Under the pieces are notes generated by a model that did not search any database, was not told where the DNA came from, and saw only the letters and a program-made list of their open reading frames with translations. The position numbers and the translations under genes were made by a program. Below, one piece after another: positions 1-10,842 of a stretch of 64,000 nt of DNA (positions are counted from its first letter, which is position 1; each line of letters starts with the position of its first letter). Source of the DNA: an uncultured Helicobacter sp. (GTDB taxonomy: Bacteria > Campylobacterota > Campylobacteria > Campylobacterales > Helicobacteraceae); NCBI RefSeq assembly GCF_937893305.1, contig NZ_CALBGN010000018.1, positions 2,598-66,597 of the forward strand. Reading direction: 5' to 3'.

Positions 1-202
1 TTGAAGCAATGTTTTTGGATTCCATAATTGCTAGATTTACCATTTTTACGCGTTCATTAAGACTAAATAAAGGATTTTTTCCCTTAGATTCTGCCACAGC
101 AATAATCAGCCCATCAAAAAGCTTACAAGCGCGTTCAATCACATCTAAATGCCCATTTGTAATCGGATCAAAAGTTCCCGGATAAATGGCAATTTTTGGC
201 AT
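1..202 (-). CDS. coaD: Phosphopantetheine adenylyltransferase (5' part; runs off the window)
   Basis: Hand translation from ATG at 202 gives [30 protein letters not shown], the CoaD signature; the start overlaps the pyrC stop (TAATG). Confidence 0.95.
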   Translation of the reverse strand, partial: MPKIAIYPGTFDPITNGHLDVIERACKLFDGLIIAVAESKGKNPLFSLNERVKMVNLAIMESKNIAS

Positions 203-1200
203 TATACATAACTCCAAGTGAGTGTTTTTTTAGCAAAAAGCGGCACGATTCCATCAATTTCTTGTGGGATATCAAAAGGCAATTTTGTAAGCGTTATAAT
301 CTTATTAGTCTTTGGTAAATTATAAATCTTTTGTGCATTATCACTTATAAAACTTTGGAGATTTTCTAGTTTATTATACTTTTCAAACAACTCCGCAAGC
401 CCAAGCAACACAATAGGTGCGCTAAAGATTCCAGCTGCTCCTTTAGCACTTTCTTTGTTTGCTTTTAAATGTGGTGCAGAATCACTTCCAAAAGAGAATT
501 TACAATGCGCATCTAACGCCACCTGCAACAGAACGTCTCTATCTTTTGGAGTTTTTAGAATCGGTTTGCAAAAATAATGCGGATTTAATCCACCGCCTAT
601 CACATCATCTAAACTTAAAGCAATATGATGTAAGGTGAGTGTTGCAAAAAGATTATTATATTTCTCAACAAGTGCAATAGAGCGATGATCACTTAAATGT
701 TCAAAAATAATTTTTAAACGCGGAAAAGATTCCGCAAGCTCTTTAAATACAGGGTGAAACTCCATTTCTCTATCTAGTGAAAACCCATTACTCTCTCCGT
801 GAATACTTAAAAACATTTCAAGATCTTGTGCAATTTCTAAAATCTTTAAAATCTTATCATCTAAAACACTGCTTACACCACTTTCACTGCCTGTTGTTGC
901 ACCCTTTGGATAGAGTTTTAAAAACCTAATTCCAGCTTCTTTTGCCTTCTCCAACACGCTTTTATTAAGCTCTTCTGTGAGATACAACGACATCAAGGGA
1001 TTAAAGGTGGAATCCCCACAAGCATTTTGGATTCTCTCTTTATACTCTAAAGCAAGCTCTACATTAGTAATAGGCGGAGTTAAATTTGGCATTACAAGTG
1101 CGCCACTAAAAAACTTTGCCGTATATTTTGCCACGCTTTGCAACATTGTTCCATCACGCAAATGTAAGTGCATATCATAGGGGGATTGTAATTGTATCAT
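202..1200 (-). CDS. pyrC: Dihydroorotase, homodimeric type
   Basis: [20 protein letters not shown] and GSDSAPH motifs. Confidence 0.95.
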   Translation of the reverse strand: MIQLQSPYDMHLHLRDGTMLQSVAKYTAKFFSGALVMPNLTPPITNVELALEYKERIQNACGDSTFNPLMSLYLTEELNKSVLEKAKEAGIRFLKLYPKGATTGSESGVSSVLDDKILKILEIAQDLEMFLSIHGESNGFSLDREMEFHPVFKELAESFPRLKIIFEHLSDHRSIALVEKYNNLFATLTLHHIALSLDDVIGGGLNPHYFCKPILKTPKDRDVLLQVALDAHCKFSFGSDSAPHLKANKESAKGAAGIFSAPIVLLGLAELFEKYNKLENLQSFISDNAQKIYNLPKTNKIITLTKLPFDIPQEIDGIVPLFAKKTLTWSYV

Positions 1201-2607
1201 TTAAGATTCCTTTATTTGCTCTAATAATTCTAACAAAGCTTTTTGATACACCTTGCATAAAGAATCGCTTTTTGCTTCAAAGCGCGTTACAAGCACTGGG
1301 GTTGTATTGCTAGCGCGGATTAGCCCCCAACCTTCTTCAAACACCACACGCACGCCATCAATTGTAATAATATCCACGATTTTTGGAAAATTTACCGGCA
1401 ATGCACTAGAATCTTTTAAGATTTTCTTTAAACGCTCAACACTTGCAAATTTCTCTTCTTCTGTAGTTTTTATCTTAATTTCATCTGTAGAATAAAGCTT
1501 TGGCAAACTCTCTAAAACCCTATCAAACTCCAAACCTTTAAAATGCACTAGCTCAAGCACACGCAACGCTGCATAAGTGGCATCATCAAATCCAAAATAA
1601 CGATCATTAAAGAAAATATGCCCACTCACTTCAAACGCCATTTGAGCATTACTTTCTTTTAGTTTCACTTTAAGATTGCTATGCCCTGTTTTATACATTA
1701 TCGCCTTGCCGATTTTGTCAATGCTTTCATACATATTTAATGAACATTTCACTTCACCAATCACCACAGGATTTGGAATCGTGTTTGCAAAAATAATTGC
1801 TAATTCATCACCTTTATAGACTTTATTTCCACTTGGAGTATATTTAATCACTGCCAATCTATCCCCATCGCCATCAAAGGCAAATCCGATTCCACCTTTT
1901 TGGCAAACCTCTTCATGCAGAAAGCTTAGATTTTTCTCTTCGCTTGGATCTGGATGATGATTTGGAAAGTTTCCATCAGGCTCTAAAAACAGCCCATTAT
2001 ACGCAATTTCTAATCTATCTAAAATTTTTGTTATTCCAACACCTGCAATCCCATTGCCACAATCCATACTAATAGGGATTTTAAATCCCTTTAAATGCGC
2101 AAACTCTTTACATAAATACTCCACATATAAATCTAGTGCATTTAATGTTTTAATTTCTATATTTAATGGAATCTTTTTTTCTACAAATTCCCAATTAAGA
2201 GTATCAAATTCTCTTTGAAGCGCGTAAATTTGCTCTCCAAAAAACGGCTCTTTTAATAGTGTGATTTTAAAGCCATTATATTCTGGGGGATTATGAGAAC
2301 CTGTAATCATCACACTTCCATCTAGTTGCAATCCCCCTTCAAATTCGCAATATAAAGCATAATACGCAACAGGTGTTGGGATCTCCCCTAAATGATAAGG
2401 AGTTATTCCACTTGCTAGCACACCTTGACAAAACCAATCAAAAATTTCCTTAGAGTGCAAGCGCGCATCAAAACCAACGCCCAAAGTAGCTCCACCGCGC
2501 TTATGCAATTCTAACCCTACTAAATAGCCAATCCGCACAACATTTTCTCTCACCAAATCTTTTCCATAGATCCCACGAATATCATATTCTCTAAAAATCA
2601 CTAGCAT
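1201..2607 (-). CDS. Phosphomannomutase/phosphoglucomutase (AlgC-like)
   Basis: IFREYDIRG, TGSHNP phosphoserine loop, FDGDGDR metal loop, RASNT. Confidence 0.93.
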   Translation of the reverse strand: MLVIFREYDIRGIYGKDLVRENVVRIGYLVGLELHKRGGATLGVGFDARLHSKEIFDWFCQGVLASGITPYHLGEIPTPVAYYALYCEFEGGLQLDGSVMITGSHNPPEYNGFKITLLKEPFFGEQIYALQREFDTLNWEFVEKKIPLNIEIKTLNALDLYVEYLCKEFAHLKGFKIPISMDCGNGIAGVGITKILDRLEIAYNGLFLEPDGNFPNHHPDPSEEKNLSFLHEEVCQKGGIGFAFDGDGDRLAVIKYTPSGNKVYKGDELAIIFANTIPNPVVIGEVKCSLNMYESIDKIGKAIMYKTGHSNLKVKLKESNAQMAFEVSGHIFFNDRYFGFDDATYAALRVLELVHFKGLEFDRVLESLPKLYSTDEIKIKTTEEEKFASVERLKKILKDSSALPVNFPKIVDIITIDGVRVVFEEGWGLIRASNTTPVLVTRFEAKSDSLCKVYQKALLELLEQIKES

Positions 2608-2609
2608 TT

Positions 2610-3872
2610 CTATCCTTCTAAGTTGTCTTTAACGCTGCTTAACACTTCTTTACCTGCAATATACAGCCTATATGCAACCTTAGCATACAAAATCAAATTT
2701 TGTGCTAAAAACTCTTCAGTCTTTGGAAGCTGAAACACAGCAAAATCTGCCAAATTCCCCACCTTTAATTCTCCTAATAAAAAGTTGGAATCCAAAAAAG
2801 CATTGCGCGTTACACTTAGAAGCAATTCCCTTGCTAGCATCTCTAAAGGTATATCCTCATAAGCAAAAAGTGCAATTCTTAACTCATCTAAAAGCGATAA
2901 AGAGTCATTTGAACTCTTTCCATCTGTGCCAAGACAAAGCGGAATCCTAGCATTTTTAACCGCCTGTAAATCTAGGTATTTTCCATTTAACAAGCGATTA
3001 GATTTAGGACAGCTAATAATCTTGCCTTTTTGTGCGTGAATTTGCTCTAAAATTTCCGCATTAACTTCTAAACAATGTGTAAAATACACATTATCTATCC
3101 CACTAAAAGCCCTTAAAAAACTCTTTGCATCATAAAAGGATTTCATTGTTTTTTTGAAAAATCTCTCATAAAAGCCCTTAAAATACCCATCACTTGATTC
3201 TAGCCACTCCCTCTCCGCCTTTGATTCTAAGAAATGCGCACTTACAAGCAAATCTTCTTTTTGCGCCACTTCTAGAACTTTTTCTAGCAGTTTTGGATGC
3301 ACAGAATAAGGTGAATGCACCGCAATTGCCGGTATAAAACGCGCACTCTTTTTTGCCTTAGAATCTTCTAAACGGGCTAAGAAATTTTGATACAAAAAGT
3401 CCATTGCTTCTATACTTGAACCAATAATCTCATTAAAATATAGCACGCGTAAAGGTGAATTTGCCAAAACCTCTAAATCCACTCCGTGGCTAGAAATCGC
3501 CCCTACAAACCCAACACCACTTTTTAAGCAATCCATAACCCCTTGCTGCATTGCATTTTCTAAACCTTTTTCCATTAAAGATTCTCTCTTTGATAAAACG
3601 CTATCTAACCACTCTCCAAACTCTCCAAACTTTAAGACCCCTTCATTATTACTAAACTCTAAATGTAAATGCAAATTTGCAAATGCTGGCGTTATTACAC
3701 AAGAATCAAAATATTCTTTTTTAGCGTCTTTATATTTTGCACACAATTTTGTATAATCGCCCACTTCTAAGATGAGTTGTCCATCAAAAAGGATTCCACC
3801 TTTTTTGAGCACACTAAATTCTTCATCACACAATACAACAAAATCCGCACCAATAATTTGCATTTTTATCAC
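2610..3872 (-). CDS. mqnF: Amidohydrolase, probable aminofutalosine deaminase (futalosine menaquinone pathway)
   Basis: NLHLHLEF, AVHSPYSV, HFLES and GTDG motifs; lies near the pyrC-like gene as in other Helicobacteraceae. Confidence 0.75.
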   Translation of the reverse strand: MIKMQIIGADFVVLCDEEFSVLKKGGILFDGQLILEVGDYTKLCAKYKDAKKEYFDSCVITPAFANLHLHLEFSNNEGVLKFGEFGEWLDSVLSKRESLMEKGLENAMQQGVMDCLKSGVGFVGAISSHGVDLEVLANSPLRVLYFNEIIGSSIEAMDFLYQNFLARLEDSKAKKSARFIPAIAVHSPYSVHPKLLEKVLEVAQKEDLLVSAHFLESKAEREWLESSDGYFKGFYERFFKKTMKSFYDAKSFLRAFSGIDNVYFTHCLEVNAEILEQIHAQKGKIISCPKSNRLLNGKYLDLQAVKNARIPLCLGTDGKSSNDSLSLLDELRIALFAYEDIPLEMLARELLLSVTRNAFLDSNFLLGELKVGNLADFAVFQLPKTEEFLAQNLILYAKVAYRLYIAGKEVLSSVKDNLEG

Positions 3873-4693
3873 TTTAAAGGCGCATTAAGATTAATATCAA
3901 GTTTATTATAAGGGATTTCAATCCCTTCCTTATCAAAACGCACTTTTACTTTTTGCAACAAATCAAGTTTTGCGCTGATAACTTCACTACTATTTACCCA
4001 AAAACGCACCATAAAATCCACACTACTTGCGTTTAACACATCTACGCCAATAAGTGGCTTAGGATCTTTTAACACAATCTCTTCTGCATCAAAAATCTCT
4101 TCTAAAATACACTTTGCCTTATCCAAATCACTTGTATAAGATACGCTAAAAATCAAATCCAAGCGACGCGTTGGGTTTGCATTAACATTAATAATAGGAC
4201 CTGAAACAATCATAGAGTTTGGTAAAATCACAAGTTGATTATCTAAAGTCGTAATTTTTGTTTGAAACAAATTCACTTCTTGCACTCTGCCTGTAATAGA
4301 ATTTAGTGTAACAATATCTCCTTTTCTAAAATGCTTTAACACAACAATTAAGATTCCACTTGCTAAATTTGACAAAGAATCTTTAAGCGATAGACCAATA
4401 GCTAAACCTGCTGTTCCAAGAACTGCAATAATAGAAGTTGTTTTCACGCCAAGATTTGTAAGTGCTGTGATAATTGCTAACACAAATATTCCTACAAATG
4501 CCACATTTTTTAAAAAACCAGCAAGTGTTTCGTCTTTCGTTGTTTTAACAATCAATTTTGCAATATATCTTGAAAAAATCCTAGCAACATAATAGCCAAT
4601 GATAAGAATAAAAAACGCACTCACAACATTTGGTAAAAACCCAAAAAACCAAGCAACAAATCTATCCCAAATTAGTAAAAATTTCTCTTCCAT
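3869..4693 (-). CDS. mscS: Small-conductance mechanosensitive channel
   Basis: Three TM segments, LGTAGLAIGLSLKDSLSNLASG, FRKGD, IEIPY. Confidence 0.9.
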   Translation of the reverse strand: MEEKFLLIWDRFVAWFFGFLPNVVSAFFILIIGYYVARIFSRYIAKLIVKTTKDETLAGFLKNVAFVGIFVLAIITALTNLGVKTTSIIAVLGTAGLAIGLSLKDSLSNLASGILIVVLKHFRKGDIVTLNSITGRVQEVNLFQTKITTLDNQLVILPNSMIVSGPIINVNANPTRRLDLIFSVSYTSDLDKAKCILEEIFDAEEIVLKDPKPLIGVDVLNASSVDFMVRFWVNSSEVISAKLDLLQKVKVRFDKEGIEIPYNKLDINLNAPLK

Positions 4694-4696
4694 TTT

Positions 4697-5950
4697 TTAC
4701 CACACAATCTCTTTTCCACTTACAAACACACGCTTAACTTGCCCTTGAATAATAGAATCGTAATAAGGCGATTCCATATCATCTACCACACTTGTTCCCT
4801 TTGTATCAAATAACACCAAATCCGCATCATAACCTGCCGCAATAAGTCCTTTTGTCTGAAGCCCTAAAACATTTGCAGGATTAAAACTCAAAATCTTACT
4901 AAATTCACTTAAGCTTAAATGCTCATTTTTTACCAAAAGCGTATAGCAAAGCCCCATAAAACTTTCAATCATATCTACTCCAAATGCCGCTTCTTCAAAA
5001 GCCAAATCTTTTTGAGCAAGAGACTTTTCAGACTGCAAAGAAGTCAAAAGCGTAATTTCGCCTTTTTTTACACTTTTTACTAATGCCTTGCGTGTAGATT
5101 CTGATTTCAATGGAGGCTTGATTTTTGCTGCTGTGTTGTAGTTACTACAAAGATTTTCTGTAAGGAGTAAATGATGGATAGAAGTTTGTAAATGTAACTT
5201 CGCTTTTTGCTCTTTTGTCTTATTTTCTAAAGCCTTTAATTGCTGGATAATCTCCACACTTCTATGTGTCGCAAGTGCTAAAAATACCGCTTCTACCCCC
5301 ATAAAACGCGCCATTTCTGCCATTTGCGCCACTTCTTTTGTTTCACTTAGAGTTGGAATTGCTGGCAACCCTAAAAGAGAAGAAAGCTCTCCATCATTCA
5401 TTACGCCATTTGCACTTAGCGATTCATCTTCACAAGTAAAAAACATCGGCACATTAAACATCAAAGCAAATTCACACGCACGCCTTAGCAAATTACCATC
5501 TGTATTTGACTTTGCAAAAATCCCTTTTGCACCTTTTTTATGCAGTGATGCAAGCTCATTTAAACTTGTTTTGGATTCCATATTAACCGCTTCAGAAATC
5601 CCAATAATCTCTGCTTTTAACTCTTCTTTAATCGCGTTTAACAGCTCTAAACCAAGCTCACTACTTAAAGTTGGCTTGCAATCTGGTATTAAAAGAGCCT
5701 GCGTAATTCCACCTTTTGCAGCTTTGCTGGAGAGCTTTAACAAATTTTCCTTGCTTAAGATTCCATTACTAACACGCGTATTTAAATCAATTGCACCGGG
5801 TAATAATGCAAGATTTTCTGCTTCTATGATTTCTTCGTTATCTTTTGGCAAAATGCTTCTACTAACTTGCGTAATCTTGTTTCCTTCAATACGCACATCA
5901 CCTCTTTGCTCACCATTTGCATCACAAACCATCGCTCCTTTAATAATCAT
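4697..5950 (-). CDS. Dihydroorotase-like amidohydrolase, probably catalytically inactive
   Basis: DHOase-like sequence (KIKPPL, GYDADLVLFD), but the HxH Zn motif is replaced by DLNTR; start placed at the ATG of MIIKG. Confidence 0.75.
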   Translation of the reverse strand: MIIKGAMVCDANGEQRGDVRIEGNKITQVSRSILPKDNEEIIEAENLALLPGAIDLNTRVSNGILSKENLLKLSSKAAKGGITQALLIPDCKPTLSSELGLELLNAIKEELKAEIIGISEAVNMESKTSLNELASLHKKGAKGIFAKSNTDGNLLRRACEFALMFNVPMFFTCEDESLSANGVMNDGELSSLLGLPAIPTLSETKEVAQMAEMARFMGVEAVFLALATHRSVEIIQQLKALENKTKEQKAKLHLQTSIHHLLLTENLCSNYNTAAKIKPPLKSESTRKALVKSVKKGEITLLTSLQSEKSLAQKDLAFEEAAFGVDMIESFMGLCYTLLVKNEHLSLSEFSKILSFNPANVLGLQTKGLIAAGYDADLVLFDTKGTSVVDDMESPYYDSIIQGQVKRVFVSGKEIVW

Positions 5951-6072
5951 ACGCACCCTTAAAAATCTATATAAGTTTAACAATTATGGCAAATTCCAAG
6001 CTAAAATTTAATAAAAACTTGGATTTATACCTAAAAAGATTTATTCTACTTAAAAAAAATAGCAAATTCCAT

Positions 6073-6780
6073 TTAATCCTCCAAATAATACTCTATGGTA
6101 GAAACAACACGCACATTTTTAATATAAGGTGTATTTTTATCTCTATTTGTAATGCTAAATTGTCCTTGTGTTGCCTTCTTTATCTTACCTAGCTGGCTTT
6201 TAGAATCCTTAGCAAACTTTGTAGCAGCCTCCCTTGCATTAAGCGTTGCTTCTTCAATCATCTGTGGTTTAATTGCATTTAATCCTGTATAAATATACTC
6301 CACTTCATAATCATCAATCTTAATCACAACACCACGCATTCCAAGCTCTGCAATCTCTTCTAACGCCTTTCTACCAAGTGCTACATCTTTTGTATAAAGC
6401 AACACACTTCCAACACCCGCATAACGATAGGTTACATTTTGATTGCCTCCATATAAATCCCCAAGCTTATCATTAACAATAGGTGGTGCAAAGGTAATGT
6501 CCTTTTTATCCAAACCAACTTTCTCCAAAAACGCAGAAACACTTTGCGCATCATTTTCTAGTTCTTTATACAAAGCATTTAAATCATTATTTGCACGCGT
6601 AAATTTAATAGGGAGTATCATCACATCAGCTTGCACTTCCTTTTGGCTTAGACCCTTAACAACAACGCTCCGTTCTCCAGCCTTAAAATTCTTAATTGCT
6701 CTATCTACACTAAAACCTAGAACAACACTACTTATAACCAAAGCTAATCCTAAAAATATCGCACTAATTTTATCCATCAT
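6073..6780 (-). CDS. SIMPL/DUF541 family periplasmic protein
   Basis: N-terminal TM, SVVVKGLSQKEV, KPQMIEEATLNAREAA, KATQGQFSI, VRVVSTIEY. Confidence 0.85.
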   Translation of the reverse strand: MMDKISAIFLGLALVISSVVLGFSVDRAIKNFKAGERSVVVKGLSQKEVQADVMILPIKFTRANNDLNALYKELENDAQSVSAFLEKVGLDKKDITFAPPIVNDKLGDLYGGNQNVTYRYAGVGSVLLYTKDVALGRKALEEIAELGMRGVVIKIDDYEVEYIYTGLNAIKPQMIEEATLNAREAATKFAKDSKSQLGKIKKATQGQFSITNRDKNTPYIKNVRVVSTIEYYLED

Positions 6781-6862
6781 TGTCCTTTATAAAAATGGAT
6801 TCCAACTTTTTGAATGTGTATTCTACCTAGAAAAACCTAACTTAAACTTGAGAGTGTCAAAA

Positions 6863-6939
6863 TGGTATCCCCGACGCGATTTGAACGCATGACCTCACGA
6901 TTAGGAATCGTGTGCTCTATCCAGCTGAGCTACGAGGAC
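6863..6939 (-). tRNA. tRNA-Arg (CCT)
   Basis: Reverse complement GTCCTCGTAGCTCAGCTGGATAGAGCA-CACGA TTCCTAA TCGTG-AGGTCATGCGTTCAAATCGCGTCGGGGATACCA folds as a cloverleaf with a CCA end. Confidence 0.95.
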
Positions 6940-6961
6940 AATGGTAAGCAACAAGTGATGA

Positions 6962-6978
6962 TGCCTCGCAAGGAGGCA
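6962..6978. terminator. GC-rich hairpin between hup and tRNA-Arg (weak terminator or processing stem)
   Basis: TGCCTC-GCAAG-GAGGCA; no clear U tract on the coding strand. Confidence 0.4.
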
Positions 6979-6987
6979 AAGAGAGAA

Positions 6988-7284
6988 TTATTTTTTGCCT
7001 TTTTTAGCAGCGGCAACTGCATCTTTAAGACCTTTTCCGGCTTTAAATTTTGGAACAAACTTGTCTTGAGTTTTGTATTTTTTAGTTGTTCCTGGAACTG
7101 TTCCTTCTTTACCTTTTTGAAGAACTGTTTCAAATTTACCAAAACCTACAAGTTCGATGCTTTCTTTTTTTGCAAGTGCTTTTTCAACAGCAGCCGTGAA
7201 AGCACTAATTGCTTTTTCTGCATCTTTTTTTGTTTCAAATTCTCCGACTTCTTTTACCAAGTCAACAAATTCTGATTTGTTCAT
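6988..7284 (-). CDS. hup: DNA-binding protein HU
   Basis: MNKSEFVD, ELVGFGKFE, PKFKAGKGLKDAV. Confidence 0.95.
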   Translation of the reverse strand: MNKSEFVDLVKEVGEFETKKDAEKAISAFTAAVEKALAKKESIELVGFGKFETVLQKGKEGTVPGTTKKYKTQDKFVPKFKAGKGLKDAVAAAKKGKK

Positions 7285-7485
7285 TTTGAACCTCCAATTA
7301 GGATTTAATTTAAAAACGCGCTATTTTAGCATACTATTTACGATTTGCAAGGCTTTTAGATAAAAAATTCTTAAATTTATCATATTTTTATGATTTTTTT
7401 ACATATCTTTTAACTAAAAGCATTATTATGGACTTGTAAGGATTTTTCAACTAAGATTTATGTTTATTAATTTAAGGAGATTTAT

Positions 7486-8484
7486 ATGGCATTAAAAGTT
7501 GCAGTAAATGGAACAGGACGCATTGGTTTATGTGTAAGCAAGATTTTAGGACAACGGAATGATTTAGAACTTGTAGCAATTAACACAACAATGCCCATTG
7601 ATACACTTGTGCATTTGCTAAAATACGATTCCGTGCAAAAAAGCAGTGAAGTGCAAAAGCTCAGTGAAGACACAATTCAAATCGGAAATCAAAAGAAAAT
7701 CCACATTATTAGCACACGCAATATTACAGAGACACATTTTGGTCAATTTGGCGCAGAAGTTGTCATAGAATGCACGGGTGCTTTCAACGATTTAAACAAG
7801 GCAAGTGCGCATCTCTATGATGGAGTTAAACGCGTTGTAATCTCTGCTCCTGCAACAGATACTCCAACTTTTGTTTATGGTGTCAATCACAAGCAATATA
7901 AAGGCGAAGAAGTGATTTCAAATGCGAGCTGCACTACAAATGCTCTAGCGCCAATTGCTAAAATTTTACACGATCATTTCATTATTGAAAGTGGCTTGAT
8001 GACAACGATTCATAGCTATACAAATGATCAAAATTTACTAGATTCCAAACATAAAGATTTACGTCGTGCAAGAGCTGCTGCACTCAATATGATTCCAACT
8101 TCAACAGGAGCTGCAAAGGCAATAGGACTTGTAATGCCAGAACTCAAAGGTAAATTAAATGGCTTTGCAATTCGTGTACCAACACCTGATGTGAGCATTG
8201 TAGATCTCACTTGTGTTACGCAAAAGCCCGTCAATAAAGATTCCATTAATGCAGTCTTTGAAGACGCAAGCAAAACAACTTTTAAAGATTTAATTTTAGT
8301 GGATAATGAAAAGCGTGTTTCTGGGGATTTTATTGGCAGCACTTATAGTAGTATTTTTGTGCCAGACTGCACTGTGGTCGTCAATGAACATCAACTTAAA
8401 GTTGTTGCGTGGTATGATAATGAGTGGGGATATTCCACACGCTTAGTAGATATGACAAACTATGTAGGACAAAGCATTAGATGA
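7486..8484 (+). CDS. gap: Glyceraldehyde-3-phosphate dehydrogenase type I
   Basis: VNGTGRIG, SNASCTTN, PTSTGAAKA, WYDNEWGYS. Confidence 0.96.
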   Translation: MALKVAVNGTGRIGLCVSKILGQRNDLELVAINTTMPIDTLVHLLKYDSVQKSSEVQKLSEDTIQIGNQKKIHIISTRNITETHFGQFGAEVVIECTGAFNDLNKASAHLYDGVKRVVISAPATDTPTFVYGVNHKQYKGEEVISNASCTTNALAPIAKILHDHFIIESGLMTTIHSYTNDQNLLDSKHKDLRRARAAALNMIPTSTGAAKAIGLVMPELKGKLNGFAIRVPTPDVSIVDLTCVTQKPVNKDSINAVFEDASKTTFKDLILVDNEKRVSGDFIGSTYSSIFVPDCTVVVNEHQLKVVAWYDNEWGYSTRLVDMTNYVGQSIR

Positions 8485-9749
8485 TTAATTTATCAGATAC
8501 ATATCAAGAATTTTCACAAGATTATTCTAATCTTTTTGAAAAAGATAATTTAGATTTATTCTTCAAAAAAGTCTTGGTAGAGCGCAATAGTCAATTTAGC
8601 GGCTATTACGATTTACCCTTTAGGGATAATCAAGAAATTTTTGACTACATAAAGTGCAATGCAGAATTTTTGGATTCTATTACTAATATTATCATCATCG
8701 GAATTGGTGGAAGCTCTCTAGGCACAAAAGCTATTGATACTCTGCTTTCTCATCAAAATCATCGTAAAAAAATCAAATTGCGCTTTTTAGAGCACACAGA
8801 TCCCATTATGATCCAAAAGGACTTACTCCGCATAAAATACGAGGATACGCTTTTTATTCTTATTTCAAAATCTGGGCTAACTATTGAAACGACTTCTTTA
8901 TTCAAATATGTTTTAGCGCGCTTCTCTTTGCTTAAAAAAGATAGAAAAAATCACTTAGTTGCCATAACTGATTCTAACTCTCCTTTGCACAAATGGTGTC
9001 AAAAAGAAGGAATCCAAAATCTTACCATTTCTCCAAATATCGGCGGAAGATTCTCTGTGTTAAGTGCTGTTGGGTTGTTACCTTTAGCCATTTTGGGTTA
9101 TGATATTCAAAAGATCTTGCAAGGCGCAAAACAAATCAGCGATGATTTTTTCATACACCGCAAAGACAATATCCTAAAAAAAGCCCTTTTTCTAGCAAAA
9201 AATGAAGCCAAATATCCTATTAATGTGCTCTTTTCTTATAGTAGCGTGTTTCGTCATTTTAACTCTTGGTATGTGCAGCTATGGGGAGAATCTTTAGGAA
9301 AATTTGACACTTATCAGCAAAAACGTGGATTAACACCTATTGCGCTAATAGGAAGTATTGATCAACATTCTTTTTTGCAGCTTATTATGCAAGGACCCGC
9401 AAATAAGACAATAACTTTTTTAAGTGTAGAAAATCTCTCTCAAAAGCCCTTATATATCCCAGACATTAGCCTTGAAGGATTAGAAGATACAGATTTTGTC
9501 AATCAAACTTCTTTTAATCAACTTCTAAAACTACAATGCGTTTCCACAAAAGAAAGCATCATCTCTCAAAATGTCCCTGTGGATTCCATTGTTTTGGATT
9601 CTCTAAATGAACAAAGTGTCGGCGCACTCATCTTTTATTATGAATTACTCACTTCTTGTGTGGGGATTTTGTTACAAATAGATACATATAATCAACCCGG
9701 AGTTGAGTTTGGGAAAAAGATATTAAGAGAAAAATTTACACACTCTTAA
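8481..9749 (+). CDS. pgi: Glucose-6-phosphate isomerase
   Basis: GIGGSSLG, SKSG, GGRFSVLS, QLWGESLGK, DQHS, QPGVEFGK. Confidence 0.95.
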   Translation: MINLSDTYQEFSQDYSNLFEKDNLDLFFKKVLVERNSQFSGYYDLPFRDNQEIFDYIKCNAEFLDSITNIIIIGIGGSSLGTKAIDTLLSHQNHRKKIKLRFLEHTDPIMIQKDLLRIKYEDTLFILISKSGLTIETTSLFKYVLARFSLLKKDRKNHLVAITDSNSPLHKWCQKEGIQNLTISPNIGGRFSVLSAVGLLPLAILGYDIQKILQGAKQISDDFFIHRKDNILKKALFLAKNEAKYPINVLFSYSSVFRHFNSWYVQLWGESLGKFDTYQQKRGLTPIALIGSIDQHSFLQLIMQGPANKTITFLSVENLSQKPLYIPDISLEGLEDTDFVNQTSFNQLLKLQCVSTKESIISQNVPVDSIVLDSLNEQSVGALIFYYELLTSCVGILLQIDTYNQPGVEFGKKILREKFTHS

Positions 9750-9836
9750 ACTTTTTTCTTTATTTTTTACAATTTTCTACTCTACTTATCATAAAAAATC
9801 TTACAATTCATACAAATCTAAAACAAAGGGTAACTT

Positions 9837-10832
9837 ATGGGTTTTATTCAAAGCATTAAAGAAAAGGCAAAAACAAACCTACAAACCATCGTTCTCCCAG
9901 AGACTGAAGATTTGCGCACCTTAGAAGCTGCACACACCGCACTTAAAGAAGGTATTGCAAAAGTTCTTTTAATTGGTGATGAAAAAACAATCAAAGAGCG
10001 TGGAGTTGGACTTGATTTAAGCCAAGCAACTTTCATTGATCCTAAAAGTTGTGATGCACTAGATTCTTATGTAGAATTATTTGTAAAGCTTCGTGGACAT
10101 AAGGGCTTAAGTGAATCTTCAGCACGCGCACTTCTCCTAGAAAATCCACTATATTTTGGTGTCGCACTTGTCAAAGCAAAGGTTGCTGATGGAATGGTAG
10201 CTGGAGCTGTAAATTCTACTGCTGATGTCTTGCGCGCCTCTTTACAAATTTTAGGAACAAAAAAAGATTCCAAACTCGTTTCTGCATTTTTCTTAATGGT
10301 TGTTCCAAATTGTAACTATGGAGAAAATGGAATCTTTATTTTTTCAGATAGTGGCTTGGTGCAAAATCCTAATCCACAAGAACTAGCATCTATTGCTATT
10401 GATTCTGCAAAAAGTTTTGAGTCCCTTGTAGGCAAAGAAGCAGTTGTAGCAATGCTCTCACACTCCACAAAAGGAAGCGCAAAACACCCTGATGTAGATA
10501 AAGTGATCGAAGCGACACAAATTGCTAAAGCACAAGCGCCAAATATTGCTCTTGATGGAGAGTTTCAACTTGATGCTGCAATCGTGCCAAGTGTAGGCAA
10601 ATCTAAGGCTCCAGATAGCAAGATTGCAGGAAGAGCAAATGTGCTTGTATTCCCAGATTTAGACGCGGGAAATATTGGTTACAAGCTTGTCCAAAGACTT
10701 GCAAATGCAGAAGCTTATGGACCCATTACCCAAGGAATTAATGGGGCAGTTAATGATTTATCACGCGGTTGTAGCAGTGATGATATTGTAGGCGTAATTG
10801 CCATCACAGCCTTACAGGCTCAACAAAATTAA
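9837..10832 (+). CDS. pta: Phosphate acetyltransferase (short, single-domain type)
   Basis: IVLPE, DGEFQLDAA, FPDLDAGNIGYK, NDLSRG. Confidence 0.95.
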   Translation: MGFIQSIKEKAKTNLQTIVLPETEDLRTLEAAHTALKEGIAKVLLIGDEKTIKERGVGLDLSQATFIDPKSCDALDSYVELFVKLRGHKGLSESSARALLLENPLYFGVALVKAKVADGMVAGAVNSTADVLRASLQILGTKKDSKLVSAFFLMVVPNCNYGENGIFIFSDSGLVQNPNPQELASIAIDSAKSFESLVGKEAVVAMLSHSTKGSAKHPDVDKVIEATQIAKAQAPNIALDGEFQLDAAIVPSVGKSKAPDSKIAGRANVLVFPDLDAGNIGYKLVQRLANAEAYGPITQGINGAVNDLSRGCSSDDIVGVIAITALQAQQN

Positions 10833-10842
10833 AGGAGAAATT

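Noticed and set aside
6862..7363. Track ORFs 6862-7275, 6930-7142 and 7157-7363
   Set aside because: They overlap tRNA-Arg and hup in antisense or alternate frames and have no recognisable motifs
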